The translations under genes and the position numbers were made by a program. A stretch of 64,000 nucleotides of DNA from Bdellovibrio sp. (GTDB lineage Bacteria > Bdellovibrionota > Bdellovibrionia > Bdellovibrionales > Bdellovibrionaceae): NCBI GenBank assembly GCA_036676395.1, contig JAKFCY010000002.1, positions 192,001-256,000 of the forward strand, read 5' to 3'. This document shows, piece by piece, positions 10,348 to 19,716 of this stretch (position 1 is the stretch's first letter; the number at the start of each line of letters is the position of its first letter). The notes beneath the pieces were generated by a model. That model was not told where the DNA came from. It ran no database searches and saw only the letters and a list, made by a program, of their open reading frames with translations.

Positions 10348-10683
10348 CTAAATTTTGATATCAAGAGCCCAGATAACAAACTTGGCTGAATGCATGGCCA
10401 TTGTAGGCACGAGGGTGATGGCAAAAAAGATCAAGGTCTTCATTTGCTGCGAAACACTTCGTTCATCGCTTAATGAAAGAATACTTCCAGTAATAAATAC
10501 CGTAAGAAAAATAATCACCGTCATAATATTCAAAGTGAGCGTGCTGGCAGGGCTTGCAGCCCCAAAGCTTAAAAATTCAAACAATAAAACTAAGGGATAT
10601 GCCACGTAGGTTAAAAGTAAACCTACGCCTGACATTTGCTGGTTTAACGAAAAAATTCGTATTGAACGGTTTTTAGATTTCAT
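10348..10683 (-). CDS. Small membrane protein
   Basis: Three hydrophobic segments. Confidence 0.55.
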   Translation of the reverse strand: MKSKNRSIRIFSLNQQMSGVGLLLTYVAYPLVLLFEFLSFGAASPASTLTLNIMTVIIFLTVFITGSILSLSDERSVSQQMKTLIFFAITLVPTMAMHSAKFVIWALDIKI

Positions 10684-10704
10684 AATACTCTATCGGCTTA
10701 AAAT

Positions 10705-11169
10705 TTAGTGAACTTGTGTATTTTCGCAGGCCTGTTGAATCGCATTTAAGCGATCTTGTGGGCTTTCGACTTCGTCTTGAATTTCAGAAAGACGACCCAG
10801 CATGGCCTCTGTAGCTGCAGTAATCGCGTCATAAATATCATGACCGAAACCTTCAGCTTCAATGGTAGCTTCATTTTCTTTTAAGACGATGGCTATACGA
10901 TAGGGGTAATGATTATCACTAGAGTCATAGTCTTGCGAGATCACGTGATCTTCATCGGCATATGCATCTTCTGGGTTACGAGCTAATACGATGACATTCG
11001 TTTCTGGTGTCACGTATTGGGTAAACTCGTTAATTTGTTGATAGATAAATGACTTCACTTCCGGATCTGTCTCAATCAGATGCAGTGTGTCCGTAAGGGC
11101 CGCTTTTCCTTGGAGGTTGGTTTTATTTTTCTTAGCTGCCTGTTTCTTGTTAAGCATTTTTCGAGCCAT
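10705..11169 (-). CDS. Hypothetical protein, possibly HPF/RaiA-like C-terminal part
   Basis: GGAG SD; 'AEG...DIYDAI..A...M..RL' resembles the HPF helix. Confidence 0.5.
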   Translation of the reverse strand: MARKMLNKKQAAKKNKTNLQGKAALTDTLHLIETDPEVKSFIYQQINEFTQYVTPETNVIVLARNPEDAYADEDHVISQDYDSSDNHYPYRIAIVLKENEATIEAEGFGHDIYDAITAATEAMLGRLSEIQDEVESPQDRLNAIQQACENTQVH

Positions 11170-11312
11170 AGTGTCCTCCCATATCTGTTCTTTAATTTTA
11201 ACATTGTGTTCTCGATTACAGAAGTCTAAGTCCTCAAAAAAACTATTTATTTTCTTAGCTGCAGTAAATTAACGCTCGTGTCTCGACCTAAGTCATTGTA
11301 TCAATTTGGTAT

Positions 11313-11981
11313 ATGGTAAACATAAAACTTTCTGATAGCTGGCATAATCAATTACAATCCGAGTTCCAATCTGACTACATGAAAGCTCTTTCTAAGTTTC
11401 TGCAAAAAGAATACGAGAGCGGTAAAGTTATTTATCCTGATGCGAAAAAATATTTTAACGCACTAGATTTAGTTGAACTAAAAAATGTGAAAGTAGTTAT
11501 TCTGGGGCAAGATCCCTATCACGGTGCAGGACAAGCGCACGGGCTAAGTTTTTCAGTGCCTGAAGGCGTGCGACTTCCGCCGTCTTTAAAAAATATTTTT
11601 AAAGAATTAAAAGATGACTTAGGAAAAGAAATTCCAACAACCGGAAATTTAGAACGCTGGGCTAAACAAGGGGTACTTTTATTAAATGCAGTTCTGACAG
11701 TTGAAGAAAGTAAAGCGGCGGCTCACCAAAAAAAAGGGTGGGAGCAATTCACAGATAAAATTATCGAAGTGGTGAATCGCGAATGCGATCATGTCGTGTT
11801 TATTTTATGGGGTGCCTATGCGCAGAAGAAAGCCGCGTTCGTTGATCGTGAAAAGCATCTGGTGCTAGAGAGTGTGCATCCATCGCCGTTATCCTCACAC
11901 CGTGGATTTTTCGGTTCTAAGCCATTTTCGCAGGCGAATAAATGGCTTAAGGCTAAAGGGCTAGCTCCTATAGACTGGTAG
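11313..11981 (+). CDS. ung: Uracil-DNA glycosylase (family 1)
   Basis: 'GQDPYH', 'PPSLKNIF', 'GVLLLN', 'HPSPLS'. Confidence 0.97.
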   Translation: MVNIKLSDSWHNQLQSEFQSDYMKALSKFLQKEYESGKVIYPDAKKYFNALDLVELKNVKVVILGQDPYHGAGQAHGLSFSVPEGVRLPPSLKNIFKELKDDLGKEIPTTGNLERWAKQGVLLLNAVLTVEESKAAAHQKKGWEQFTDKIIEVVNRECDHVVFILWGAYAQKKAAFVDREKHLVLESVHPSPLSSHRGFFGSKPFSQANKWLKAKGLAPIDW

Positions 11982-12005
11982 GCTGATAGCGCCTAAACTA
12001 AAAGC

Positions 12006-12593
12006 ATGAAAAAAATATTTTTAGTTTTAGCGTCGTTAGGCTTTAGTTTACAAACTTTTGCAGACCCTTGTGGTGCGAAATCAATTAAAGTCGGCAGTGA
12101 TAAATTAGAGCTTATTAAAATCACGGATAAACCAGAAAAAACTATGCAAGGCCAACCAATTAAAGGCGCTGATGAAGTTTTAATTTCTGGAATTTATATG
12201 TTTGTTCGCAATGGCCAGACATGGAATATCTACCGCTGTGCCGATGATACTAACAGCCTAAATTTAAATAACTGCGTTGTTAAAAATGATTTCGAATTCG
12301 GAAATCTTGTTAAACGCTACGGATCTTCCGGAATTACAGTGCGAAAAACTGATTCAAATAGATTGCAAGTCAGATTGAATGTCGCTGGTAATGAAGAGTT
12401 AGATTATTACGATGTGCGCGCTACTGAAAAAGGTATGGAAGTTATTCAAAACCAGTACAAAGAAAATAAAGTGCAAAGACATTTAAGTCAGCACGAACAA
12501 GTTTCATTAGGTGTTTGTTCAAAAGCTGAATCATCGAACGCGCCGAATGGAAAGCCTGCAAAAAAATCTTCGCCAGTTGATGTTAATCGTTAA
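12006..12593 (+). CDS. Secreted hypothetical protein
   Basis: Signal peptide; four Cys; no recognised domain. Confidence 0.7.
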   Translation: MKKIFLVLASLGFSLQTFADPCGAKSIKVGSDKLELIKITDKPEKTMQGQPIKGADEVLISGIYMFVRNGQTWNIYRCADDTNSLNLNNCVVKNDFEFGNLVKRYGSSGITVRKTDSNRLQVRLNVAGNEELDYYDVRATEKGMEVIQNQYKENKVQRHLSQHEQVSLGVCSKAESSNAPNGKPAKKSSPVDVNR

Positions 12594-12606
12594 AATTTAG
12601 GTCTTT

Positions 12607-12940
12607 AAAATGCAAAAAGCGAAATGAGCTTACGCCATTTCGCTTTTACAAGATATTCAGGCTTCATTCCGAAGAAAGGAGCCGAATATCGGAACTTATA
12701 TATCCACGTATATAACTTTTCGGAATAATAAGCGAAAACTTAAGTATTACCTCTGGCTAGTTTTATGTCTTCTCGAAGTCATAAAGCGTATCTTAGACTT
12801 AATACGATAGAGTCAGTTTGTTAGAGGATTCTTTCTAGATCACCGTCTGCGTACATTGATCATCGGAAGAAGTTTCGGGTAAATTGGAAAAGTCACTGCG
12901 TGACTGCGCAGAGACCTAATTCGGAATGGCGTTAAGCTCA
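12607..12940 (+). other. Structured element 1: candidate type I toxin-antitoxin-like locus
   Basis: 5' hairpin 12615-12647; SD-sequestering stem 12652-12690; micro-ORF 12688-12810; 5'-3' pairing 12625-12642/12922-12940; same layout as 22557-22861. Confidence 0.6.
12688..12810 (+). CDS. 40-codon basic/hydrophobic micro-ORF with ATC at the start position (putative toxin, or inactivated copy)
   Basis: AAAGGAG 12675-12681, ATC 6 nt later; IGTYISTYITFRNNKRKLKYYLWLVLCLLEVIKRILDLIR*. Confidence 0.45.
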   Translation: MGTYISTYITFRNNKRKLKYYLWLVLCLLEVIKRILDLIR

Positions 12941-14767
12941 CTTACTTACTAAGTGAGCGAGCTCTTGTTTTTTAATCTCTAAATTTTCCATGTGATTCAT
13001 CAAAGCTTCTTCCATGTTTTCAGTCTCAGTGTTTAAAGCTGCGGCCTGTTTGGCTAATTCTTGCGCCTGTTGGCCTTGAGCGGTGATCAGAGTCGAAGTT
13101 AATTCAGTTTGTTTTTCAGCTTGGCGAAATAATAACTCTTCGGTTTTAAGAATTTTTCGCTCTAATTCTTTAATTTCAGAATTTAAACGTTTGGTTTCTT
13201 CTTTATAGTTAAACTTTTTCTCTGAAGATTCAGAGTTAGTCACAACTTTTTCCACCACGATTGGCGTATCAACGCGTTCGCTTAAGATGCCCTTTTCTAA
13301 ACTCCATAAGTATTCGTCATATGACCCTAAGTATTTTTCGATCGTGCCGTTTCTGACTTCGACAATTTGTGTAGTCACTTGTTTTAGAAAAGTACGATCA
13401 TGGCTGACTAAGATCACTGTGCCGTTAAACTCAGAAAGCGCTACAGCTAGGGCATTCACGGTATCAAAATCTAAGTGATTCGTTGGCTCATCCAGAAGTA
13501 AGAGTGGATTTTTTTGTAATAACACTTGGCCTAAGGCCACGCGTGTTTTTTCGCCGCCAGAAAGCACTTTGATTTTTTTATAAATGCTATCGCCAGAAAA
13601 CAACAAAGAGCCTGCCATATTTAAAATGTCTTGAGCCATATTGTCTTTATGAGCTTTTCGTTGAAGCGCGTCTAAGACGGTATCGTTATCTAATAAATCA
13701 TCGGCTAAGTGCTGGGCAAAATAAGAATGGCGCACTTGATGGCCCCATTTAAGTTCGCCTGTGATTAACGGAATTTTTTCAGCAATAGATTTTAATAACG
13801 TCGATTTACCGGCGCCGTTAAAACCAACAATACCAATTTTTTGACCGCGCTCGATCGTGACGTTCACATTTTTAAGAATAACTTTATCTGCACTATAACC
13901 AAGATTGGCATTTGTCAGAGATAAAATTTCTTTTCCGGTCGGTGTAGCTACGGGTAAGTTAATAATCGCCCGCGGCGGTAATTTCTTGATTTCGACTTGT
14001 TCTAAGCGATCTAAACTTTTCAAGCGACTTTGCGCTTGTTTGGCTTTGGTGGCTTTAGCTCTGAATTTATCGACGAAATCTTGAATGTGCTTACGTTTGT
14101 TTTCGATTTGCACAGCTTTGGCTTCTAATAAACGCTTTAATTCAGCCTTTTGTTCGAAGTAATCATCAATATGACCCGGAAATTTCACAATATCACCAGC
14201 TTCGACTTCTAAAGTGTATTCAGTCGTGCGACGTAAAAATTCGCGGTCATGCGAGATCAATAAAAACGCCTGTTTATGATTTTGCAAAAAGTTTTCTAAA
14301 GTTAGAATGCTTTCTAAATCTAAAAAGTTGGTCGGCTCATCCAAAAGCATGATGTCTGGCTCTAGCCCGATCAGGTAAAGAAGCTTCATGCGCATACGAT
14401 AGCCGCCTGAAAGCTGTGTCAATTTTCCGGCAAAGTGACTCTCTTGTAAGCCAAGCCCAAGGCCGATTTGCTTTAATTCCCAAATGGGCTTGATGCAATT
14501 GTCTTTAAGGTAGTCTTCAGAGTTCACATCGACTGTCCAATCGGACTCTTGCTCGAGGTAGCCGATGCGTAAACCATTAGCTTTTGTGACTTCGCCGTTA
14601 TCTAAATGCTCTATACCCACGATAATTTTGAATAGAGTGGATTTGCCAGCTCCATTGGGGCCGATCACGCCAACGTGTTCGCCTTGATTAATGGAAAAGC
14701 CGGCGTTATCAAAAAGGATTTTTGAGCCATATTGCTTAGATGCATTGTAGAGTTGAAGCAGATTCAT
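12938..14767 (-). CDS. ABC-F family ATPase
   Basis: Two ABC cassettes (GPNGAGKS/LSGG/LDEPTN), linker, C-terminal coiled coil, no TM segments. Confidence 0.92.
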   Translation of the reverse strand: MNLLQLYNASKQYGSKILFDNAGFSINQGEHVGVIGPNGAGKSTLFKIIVGIEHLDNGEVTKANGLRIGYLEQESDWTVDVNSEDYLKDNCIKPIWELKQIGLGLGLQESHFAGKLTQLSGGYRMRMKLLYLIGLEPDIMLLDEPTNFLDLESILTLENFLQNHKQAFLLISHDREFLRRTTEYTLEVEAGDIVKFPGHIDDYFEQKAELKRLLEAKAVQIENKRKHIQDFVDKFRAKATKAKQAQSRLKSLDRLEQVEIKKLPPRAIINLPVATPTGKEILSLTNANLGYSADKVILKNVNVTIERGQKIGIVGFNGAGKSTLLKSIAEKIPLITGELKWGHQVRHSYFAQHLADDLLDNDTVLDALQRKAHKDNMAQDILNMAGSLLFSGDSIYKKIKVLSGGEKTRVALGQVLLQKNPLLLLDEPTNHLDFDTVNALAVALSEFNGTVILVSHDRTFLKQVTTQIVEVRNGTIEKYLGSYDEYLWSLEKGILSERVDTPIVVEKVVTNSESSEKKFNYKEETKRLNSEIKELERKILKTEELLFRQAEKQTELTSTLITAQGQQAQELAKQAAALNTETENMEEALMNHMENLEIKKQELAHLVSK

Positions 14768-14817
14768 TTCTGTGCCACATTACTAGAGTTTTCATAATGT
14801 TTAAAGGGGAGATTTTA

Positions 14818-16398
14818 ATGAAAAAGGTATTTTTAGCCGCATTGTTATTGCCGTTGTTCGCACAAGCTGCAGACAACTTCATTTTTTGTACAGAAGGAAG
14901 TCCGTCTTCTTTCAATCCACAAATCGTAACTGACGGAACAAGCATGAATGCTTCTTCACAAGCGATTTTCAATCGTTTAGTTGAGTTTAAACCAGGCACA
15001 ACTGAAGTTATGCCAAGCTTAGCCGAATCTTGGACACTTTCTAAAGACCGTAAAACATACACTTTCAAATTGCGTAAAGGTGTAAAGTTTCATGCAAACG
15101 CAGCGTTCACGCCGACACGCGAATTTAACGCTAACGATGTAGTTTACACTTTCAAAACTCAGTTAGATCCAAAACATCCATTATCAATTCCGGCAGCTTC
15201 TTATGATTACTTCAAAGCTATGGAATTAGATGCTTTAATTTCTGATGTTAAAAAAACTGACGACTACACAGTGGTGTTTGAATTAAAACGTCCTGAATCT
15301 CCATTCTTGGCTAATTTAGGAATGGATTTCGCTTCTGTTCTTTCTGAAGAGTACGCGCAATCTTTAATTAAATCTGGCAAAGGTTTAAAAACTTTAGAAA
15401 CAGCTCCAATCGGAACTGGTCCATTTGTTTTTAAATCTTACCAAAAAGATTCAACAATCAAGTACACAGCTAATCCAACTTACTGGAAAGGCAAACCGAA
15501 AATCGAAAACTTAATTTTCGTGATCGTTGCTGATTCAACAGTGCGTACACAAAAAATGAAATCTGGCGAATGTCACATCATGAGTGAAGTGCAACCGCAA
15601 GATATCGAAGCGTTATCTAAAAACCCTGCTGTTAAAATTCAAAACGCAGCTGGTCTTAACGTGTCTTACATCGCGTTTAACACCGAGAAAAAACCTTTCG
15701 ACAACTTAAAAGTTCGTGAAGCGATTTCTTTAGCTTTAAATAAAAAGTCTTACCTTGATGTGATTTACAAAGCACAAGGTATGGCTGCGAAAAATCCAAT
15801 TCCACCGACAATGTGGTCTTATAATAACAAAACAGCTGATTCATCTTACGATGTTGAAAAAGCGAAAAAGTTATTAGCTGAAGCAGGACATCCGAATGGT
15901 TTTGAAACTGAATTATGGACAATGCCAGTCGCTCGTCCGTACTTACCAAACGGTAAAAAATTAGGTGAGTTAGTTCAGGCTGACTTGGCTAAAATCGGTG
16001 TGAAAGTTAAATTAGTAACTTTTGACTGGCCTACATACTTAGAGAAATCTAAAAAAGGTGACCACGCGATGATTCAGTTCGGTTGGACTGGCGATAATGG
16101 TGACCCCGATAACTTTATGAACGTTATGTTAGGCTGCGCTGCCGTTAAAGCAGGTTCTAATTATGCGCGTTGGTGTCATAAAGAATTCGACAACTTATTA
16201 CAACAAGCTAAAGAAGAATCAGCGGTTGCAAAACGTACTTCACTTTACATGAAGGCACAGGAAATTTTTGCTAAAGAAAAACCATGGTACCCAGTAGCTC
16301 ACTCAAAACAAAACAAAGTGATGTCTGCTAAAGTGCAAGGCTACAAAATCAGTCCACTTGGTAACGAAAACTTTGAAGCGGTTTCATTGTCGAAATAA
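14818..16398 (+). CDS. dppA: Dipeptide ABC transporter substrate-binding protein
   Basis: 'FCTEGSP..FNPQ', 'LAESW', 'PIGTGPF', 'GWTGDNGDPDNF'; start at ATG 14818. Confidence 0.9.
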   Translation: MKKVFLAALLLPLFAQAADNFIFCTEGSPSSFNPQIVTDGTSMNASSQAIFNRLVEFKPGTTEVMPSLAESWTLSKDRKTYTFKLRKGVKFHANAAFTPTREFNANDVVYTFKTQLDPKHPLSIPAASYDYFKAMELDALISDVKKTDDYTVVFELKRPESPFLANLGMDFASVLSEEYAQSLIKSGKGLKTLETAPIGTGPFVFKSYQKDSTIKYTANPTYWKGKPKIENLIFVIVADSTVRTQKMKSGECHIMSEVQPQDIEALSKNPAVKIQNAAGLNVSYIAFNTEKKPFDNLKVREAISLALNKKSYLDVIYKAQGMAAKNPIPPTMWSYNNKTADSSYDVEKAKKLLAEAGHPNGFETELWTMPVARPYLPNGKKLGELVQADLAKIGVKVKLVTFDWPTYLEKSKKGDHAMIQFGWTGDNGDPDNFMNVMLGCAAVKAGSNYARWCHKEFDNLLQQAKEESAVAKRTSLYMKAQEIFAKEKPWYPVAHSKQNKVMSAKVQGYKISPLGNENFEAVSLSK

Positions 16399-17411
16399 TG
16401 GCGATACTTAAAGGTCTTTTAAAAGTTACAGGTTATTTTCTTTTTATCAGCTTGATGAGTTTTTCAATCATCAGGCTGATTCCCGGAGATCCCGCTCTAC
16501 ATATTATTGGTGAGCGCGGAGCCAGCGAAGAACGCGTGGCTGAAATCAGAAAAAATTTGGGATTGGATCAACCACTTCCAATTCAGTTTTTGAAATTTTC
16601 AGCTAATGCTCTTGTCGGTAATTTCGGTGAATCTACCGTTTCGAAACAACCCGTACTTAGTGAATTTAAAGTGTTATGGCCTGCGACGGTTGAATTAGCC
16701 TTCGTGGCTTTGCTTTGGTCTTCGCTTGTCGGTCTTGGTTTAGGAATGTTAGCTGCTGTGAAAAGAAATTCGTTTTGGGATTACGGTGCAGTTAGTTTAT
16801 CGACATTGGGTTTTGCCATGCCGATTTTCTGGTGGGGCTTAATCGTTATTTTCTTTTTCTCGGTTAAACTTGGCCTTTTTCCGGTTTCTGGCCGTATTGA
16901 TGTGATGTTTGATATTCCTTATAAGACAGGATTTTATTTTCTCGACACGTTATTATCAGGTCAATGGGATGCGTTCGTATCAGCTTGTAAATACGTGGTG
17001 TTGCCGGCATTCGTGTTAGGAACTGTTCCCCTGGCTTTAATCGTTCGCGTCAGTCGTGCATCGATTATCGATGTTGCTGAAGAAGATTACGTACGTACAG
17101 CCAGATCTAAAGGTCTTCCATATAAACAGATTTTATTTAAACATATTTTTAAAAATGCACTGCCACAGATTTTAACTTCGATTGGGCTCGCTATGGGTCA
17201 GTTATTAACTGGCGCGATCTTAACTGAAACGTTATTTTCATGGCCGGGCATGGGCCGCTGGATTATTAAATCTATTGAAGCTCGTGATTACCCAGTCGTG
17301 CAAGCAGGCGTGTTCTATTCAATGTTAATTGTTATTATCGTCAATTGGATCACCGATGAATCGGTAAAAATTGTAAGTCCTAAAATGCGCGATCAACAAA
17401 GGGGTGGCTAA
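16398..17411 (+). CDS. dppB: Peptide ABC permease
   Basis: 'IPGDP', 'PATVEL', 'DYVRTARSKGL', 'RDYPVVQ'. Confidence 0.9.
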   Translation: MAILKGLLKVTGYFLFISLMSFSIIRLIPGDPALHIIGERGASEERVAEIRKNLGLDQPLPIQFLKFSANALVGNFGESTVSKQPVLSEFKVLWPATVELAFVALLWSSLVGLGLGMLAAVKRNSFWDYGAVSLSTLGFAMPIFWWGLIVIFFFSVKLGLFPVSGRIDVMFDIPYKTGFYFLDTLLSGQWDAFVSACKYVVLPAFVLGTVPLALIVRVSRASIIDVAEEDYVRTARSKGLPYKQILFKHIFKNALPQILTSIGLAMGQLLTGAILTETLFSWPGMGRWIIKSIEARDYPVVQAGVFYSMLIVIIVNWITDESVKIVSPKMRDQQRGG

Positions 17412-18229
17412 TGGCAGTCACTGCTACACAAAAACTATTCAGAAATAAAAACGTACTTTACGGAACGGTTTTGTTCGCGTTTTTCGTTTTAGTTTTTATT
17501 GTTTCTTTTTTATGGACCCCATTTGCTTATAACGAAGTGTTTGATGGCATGTCTTTACAGCCAGTCGGCGGAAAATTCTTTTTAGGCACGGATGATTTAG
17601 GTCGTGATTTGCTTTCACGTTTAATGGTTGGCGCACAGTTTTCTTTAGGCATTGGTTTAGTCGTCGGTGGAATTGCAGTCGTGATTGGCGCTGGCTTAGG
17701 TTTATTTGCGGCTTATTATGGTAAGCGCGTAGACCAAGTGTTGAATCAATCAATGAATGCGTTACAGGCGATGCCAAGTTTATTATTGGCTTTGTTTGTG
17801 GTGGCGATCTTGGGGCCAAGTGTAACAAACACGATTATTTCAGTAACTTTGGTTTCTATTCCTACGATGTTTCGTTTGGTGCGTTCACAAGCCCAGGTTG
17901 AAATGGCTAAAGAATACATCCAATCTGCGAAGGCGCTGGGTGCAGGTGATGCGCGAATCATGTTACGTCATTTATTGCCAAACTGTGTAACACCGATTCT
18001 GGTGCAATCAGCGGTTTGTTGTTCTGAGGCGATTTTAAACACAGCCGCTTTAGGTTTCTTAGGGTTAGGAATTCCAGCACCATTCCCTGAATGGGGTACC
18101 ATGCTTGCGGATTCAAAAAATTTAATGGAGACCGCTCCGCACTTGATGTGGATTCCTGGACTTTGTTTGTTATTATTAATCCTATCTACGCAATTGATTA
18201 GCGATGGTTTAAGAGATCATTTAAGCTAA
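17411..18229 (+). CDS. dppC: Peptide ABC permease
   Basis: 'LGTDDLGRDLLSRL', EAA-like loop, 'PEWGTML', 'DGLRD'. Confidence 0.9.
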   Translation: MAVTATQKLFRNKNVLYGTVLFAFFVLVFIVSFLWTPFAYNEVFDGMSLQPVGGKFFLGTDDLGRDLLSRLMVGAQFSLGIGLVVGGIAVVIGAGLGLFAAYYGKRVDQVLNQSMNALQAMPSLLLALFVVAILGPSVTNTIISVTLVSIPTMFRLVRSQAQVEMAKEYIQSAKALGAGDARIMLRHLLPNCVTPILVQSAVCCSEAILNTAALGFLGLGIPAPFPEWGTMLADSKNLMETAPHLMWIPGLCLLLLILSTQLISDGLRDHLS

Positions 18230-18233
18230 GTTA

Positions 18234-18731
18234 ATGAATATGCCCGCGGTATTTTTAGATCACAGAAAACGAAATTTAATTCTATGGCTAACGGATATGA
18301 CGATGGCCATAGTTTCTTATTTTTACGTGACTGATCCGTTTTATTTTCAAAGCGTGATGGATCGGATTGATTTTGCCACTCTGCGCCCGGATATGGATCC
18401 TGCGATGTTTCAATCGCCAGTGTTTTTCGAATTTATGTTTCAGGTTATGTCGGTTGTGTCAGTTCTTACGATCGGGATTATCGTCTTATTTCATACCTTG
18501 GCTTTTTATCGCTGCTACCTTCGTAAACCTGTAGCTATTGCTTACGTGAAAATTTATTCGTTCTTAGCGGCTGTTTCATTGCTATTATGGTTCATCTATA
18601 ACATTGAATTAAAGAATATTTTAATTTTAGTTCCTGCGACGATTTACACTTTGGTGTTCTTTGCTGAAAGGCAAAAGCCGTCGGCACTTCCTATTTTTAA
18701 TTCAGTCATTAACGAGAAATCAGAGCCATAA
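18234..18731 (+). CDS. Membrane protein of unknown function
   Basis: About four hydrophobic segments; 4 nt after dppC. Confidence 0.65.
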   Translation: MNMPAVFLDHRKRNLILWLTDMTMAIVSYFYVTDPFYFQSVMDRIDFATLRPDMDPAMFQSPVFFEFMFQVMSVVSVLTIGIIVLFHTLAFYRCYLRKPVAIAYVKIYSFLAAVSLLLWFIYNIELKNILILVPATIYTLVFFAERQKPSALPIFNSVINEKSEP

Positions 18732-18987
18732 ACTGCACACCTAAAAAGTACAGACCATTCTTTTCAAGTGTGTGCACTGAATATCCGGCCATTTTTACGA
18801 AGTCTGATTTATCATTCGGGTAGATCAAGGCGATCTGTCTTTTGGGCGCGACGATTTTTTCAATGCGCAAAAGGCATCCCATTTGCGAATAATCCACGAA
18901 ATACGCTTTGATTAAGCGCGAATCCGTTTCGATCAGACAAAATGTATTCGAAGGGTAGCGTGAAAACTGTCGTAAATTATTTGGCAT
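18709..18987 (-). CDS. PilZ-domain protein
   Basis: RxxxR ('RQFSR') and DxSxxG ('DYSQMG'), C-terminal 'GVQF'. Confidence 0.7.
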   Translation of the reverse strand: MPNNLRQFSRYPSNTFCLIETDSRLIKAYFVDYSQMGCLLRIEKIVAPKRQIALIYPNDKSDFVKMAGYSVHTLEKNGLYFLGVQFMALISR

Positions 18988-19169
18988 AAAGTTTAACAAA
19001 GCAAAGACTGTGCTTGATCTATATCACCGTGATGCGCTTGGGCTCTTCAAGTAGCTACAAGTTCGACAGCTGTGTGTAATGTTAGACGATAGCCCAGACA
19101 CAGCAGTCTTAAGTACAGAAGCAGAGTGGTCTAGTATCATATTTAATAAGCTAAATTTATTATGGTGTA

Positions 19170-19715
19170 ATGAGAAAAATATTATTAATTTCAATGACTT
19201 TTGTGCTTGGCCTAGTTTGGTTCTTATCAGCAAGTGGGCAGGAAAAAGATCGTCCAATCGAATATGCATTGAATGCTGATCAACGTTGGATCGAAGATTT
19301 TGAATCTTCGGCACTACGTTCAGGTTATAAAGTTTATAAATTAGAAAAAGATCCGCGCATTGTTCTGACGCTAGGAATTGAAACTGTCAGCATGAAGTCT
19401 GAATTTTCAAAAGCAGAAATCAATGCCTATGCTAATAAATTGATGGATGCGAAAAATTTCATCGATGATGCTTTTAATACTCCATTAGCGAAGTTAACTA
19501 AAGCAAGCACATGCCATAAAGATGGTGTTCCGTGTTTAAGCCTTGAGATGGAAAAAGATTTTAAGGCTGGCACATTCAAATTGATTGATAAATATTTTAT
19601 GGCTGATGATCGTACGGTTCTAGCAACGATCAAATGGCCAAAGTCTGCTGATTCAGATGTCATCAAATCGGCCTATAACGATTATCAGAATATCCAGATC
19701 GTGAAGGTTAAATAA
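19170..19715 (+). CDS. Secreted hypothetical protein
   Basis: N-terminal signal peptide; 1 nt before the next gene. Confidence 0.7.
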   Translation: MRKILLISMTFVLGLVWFLSASGQEKDRPIEYALNADQRWIEDFESSALRSGYKVYKLEKDPRIVLTLGIETVSMKSEFSKAEINAYANKLMDAKNFIDDAFNTPLAKLTKASTCHKDGVPCLSLEMEKDFKAGTFKLIDKYFMADDRTVLATIKWPKSADSDVIKSAYNDYQNIQIVKVK

Positions 19716-19716
19716 T

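Noticed and set aside
12607..12940. Interpreting the two structured elements as MITEs with terminal inverted repeats
   Set aside because: The arms differ between copies, the mismatches are + strand G-U wobbles, and no target-site duplication or transposase is visible; RNA pairing fits better, though a MITE origin is not excluded
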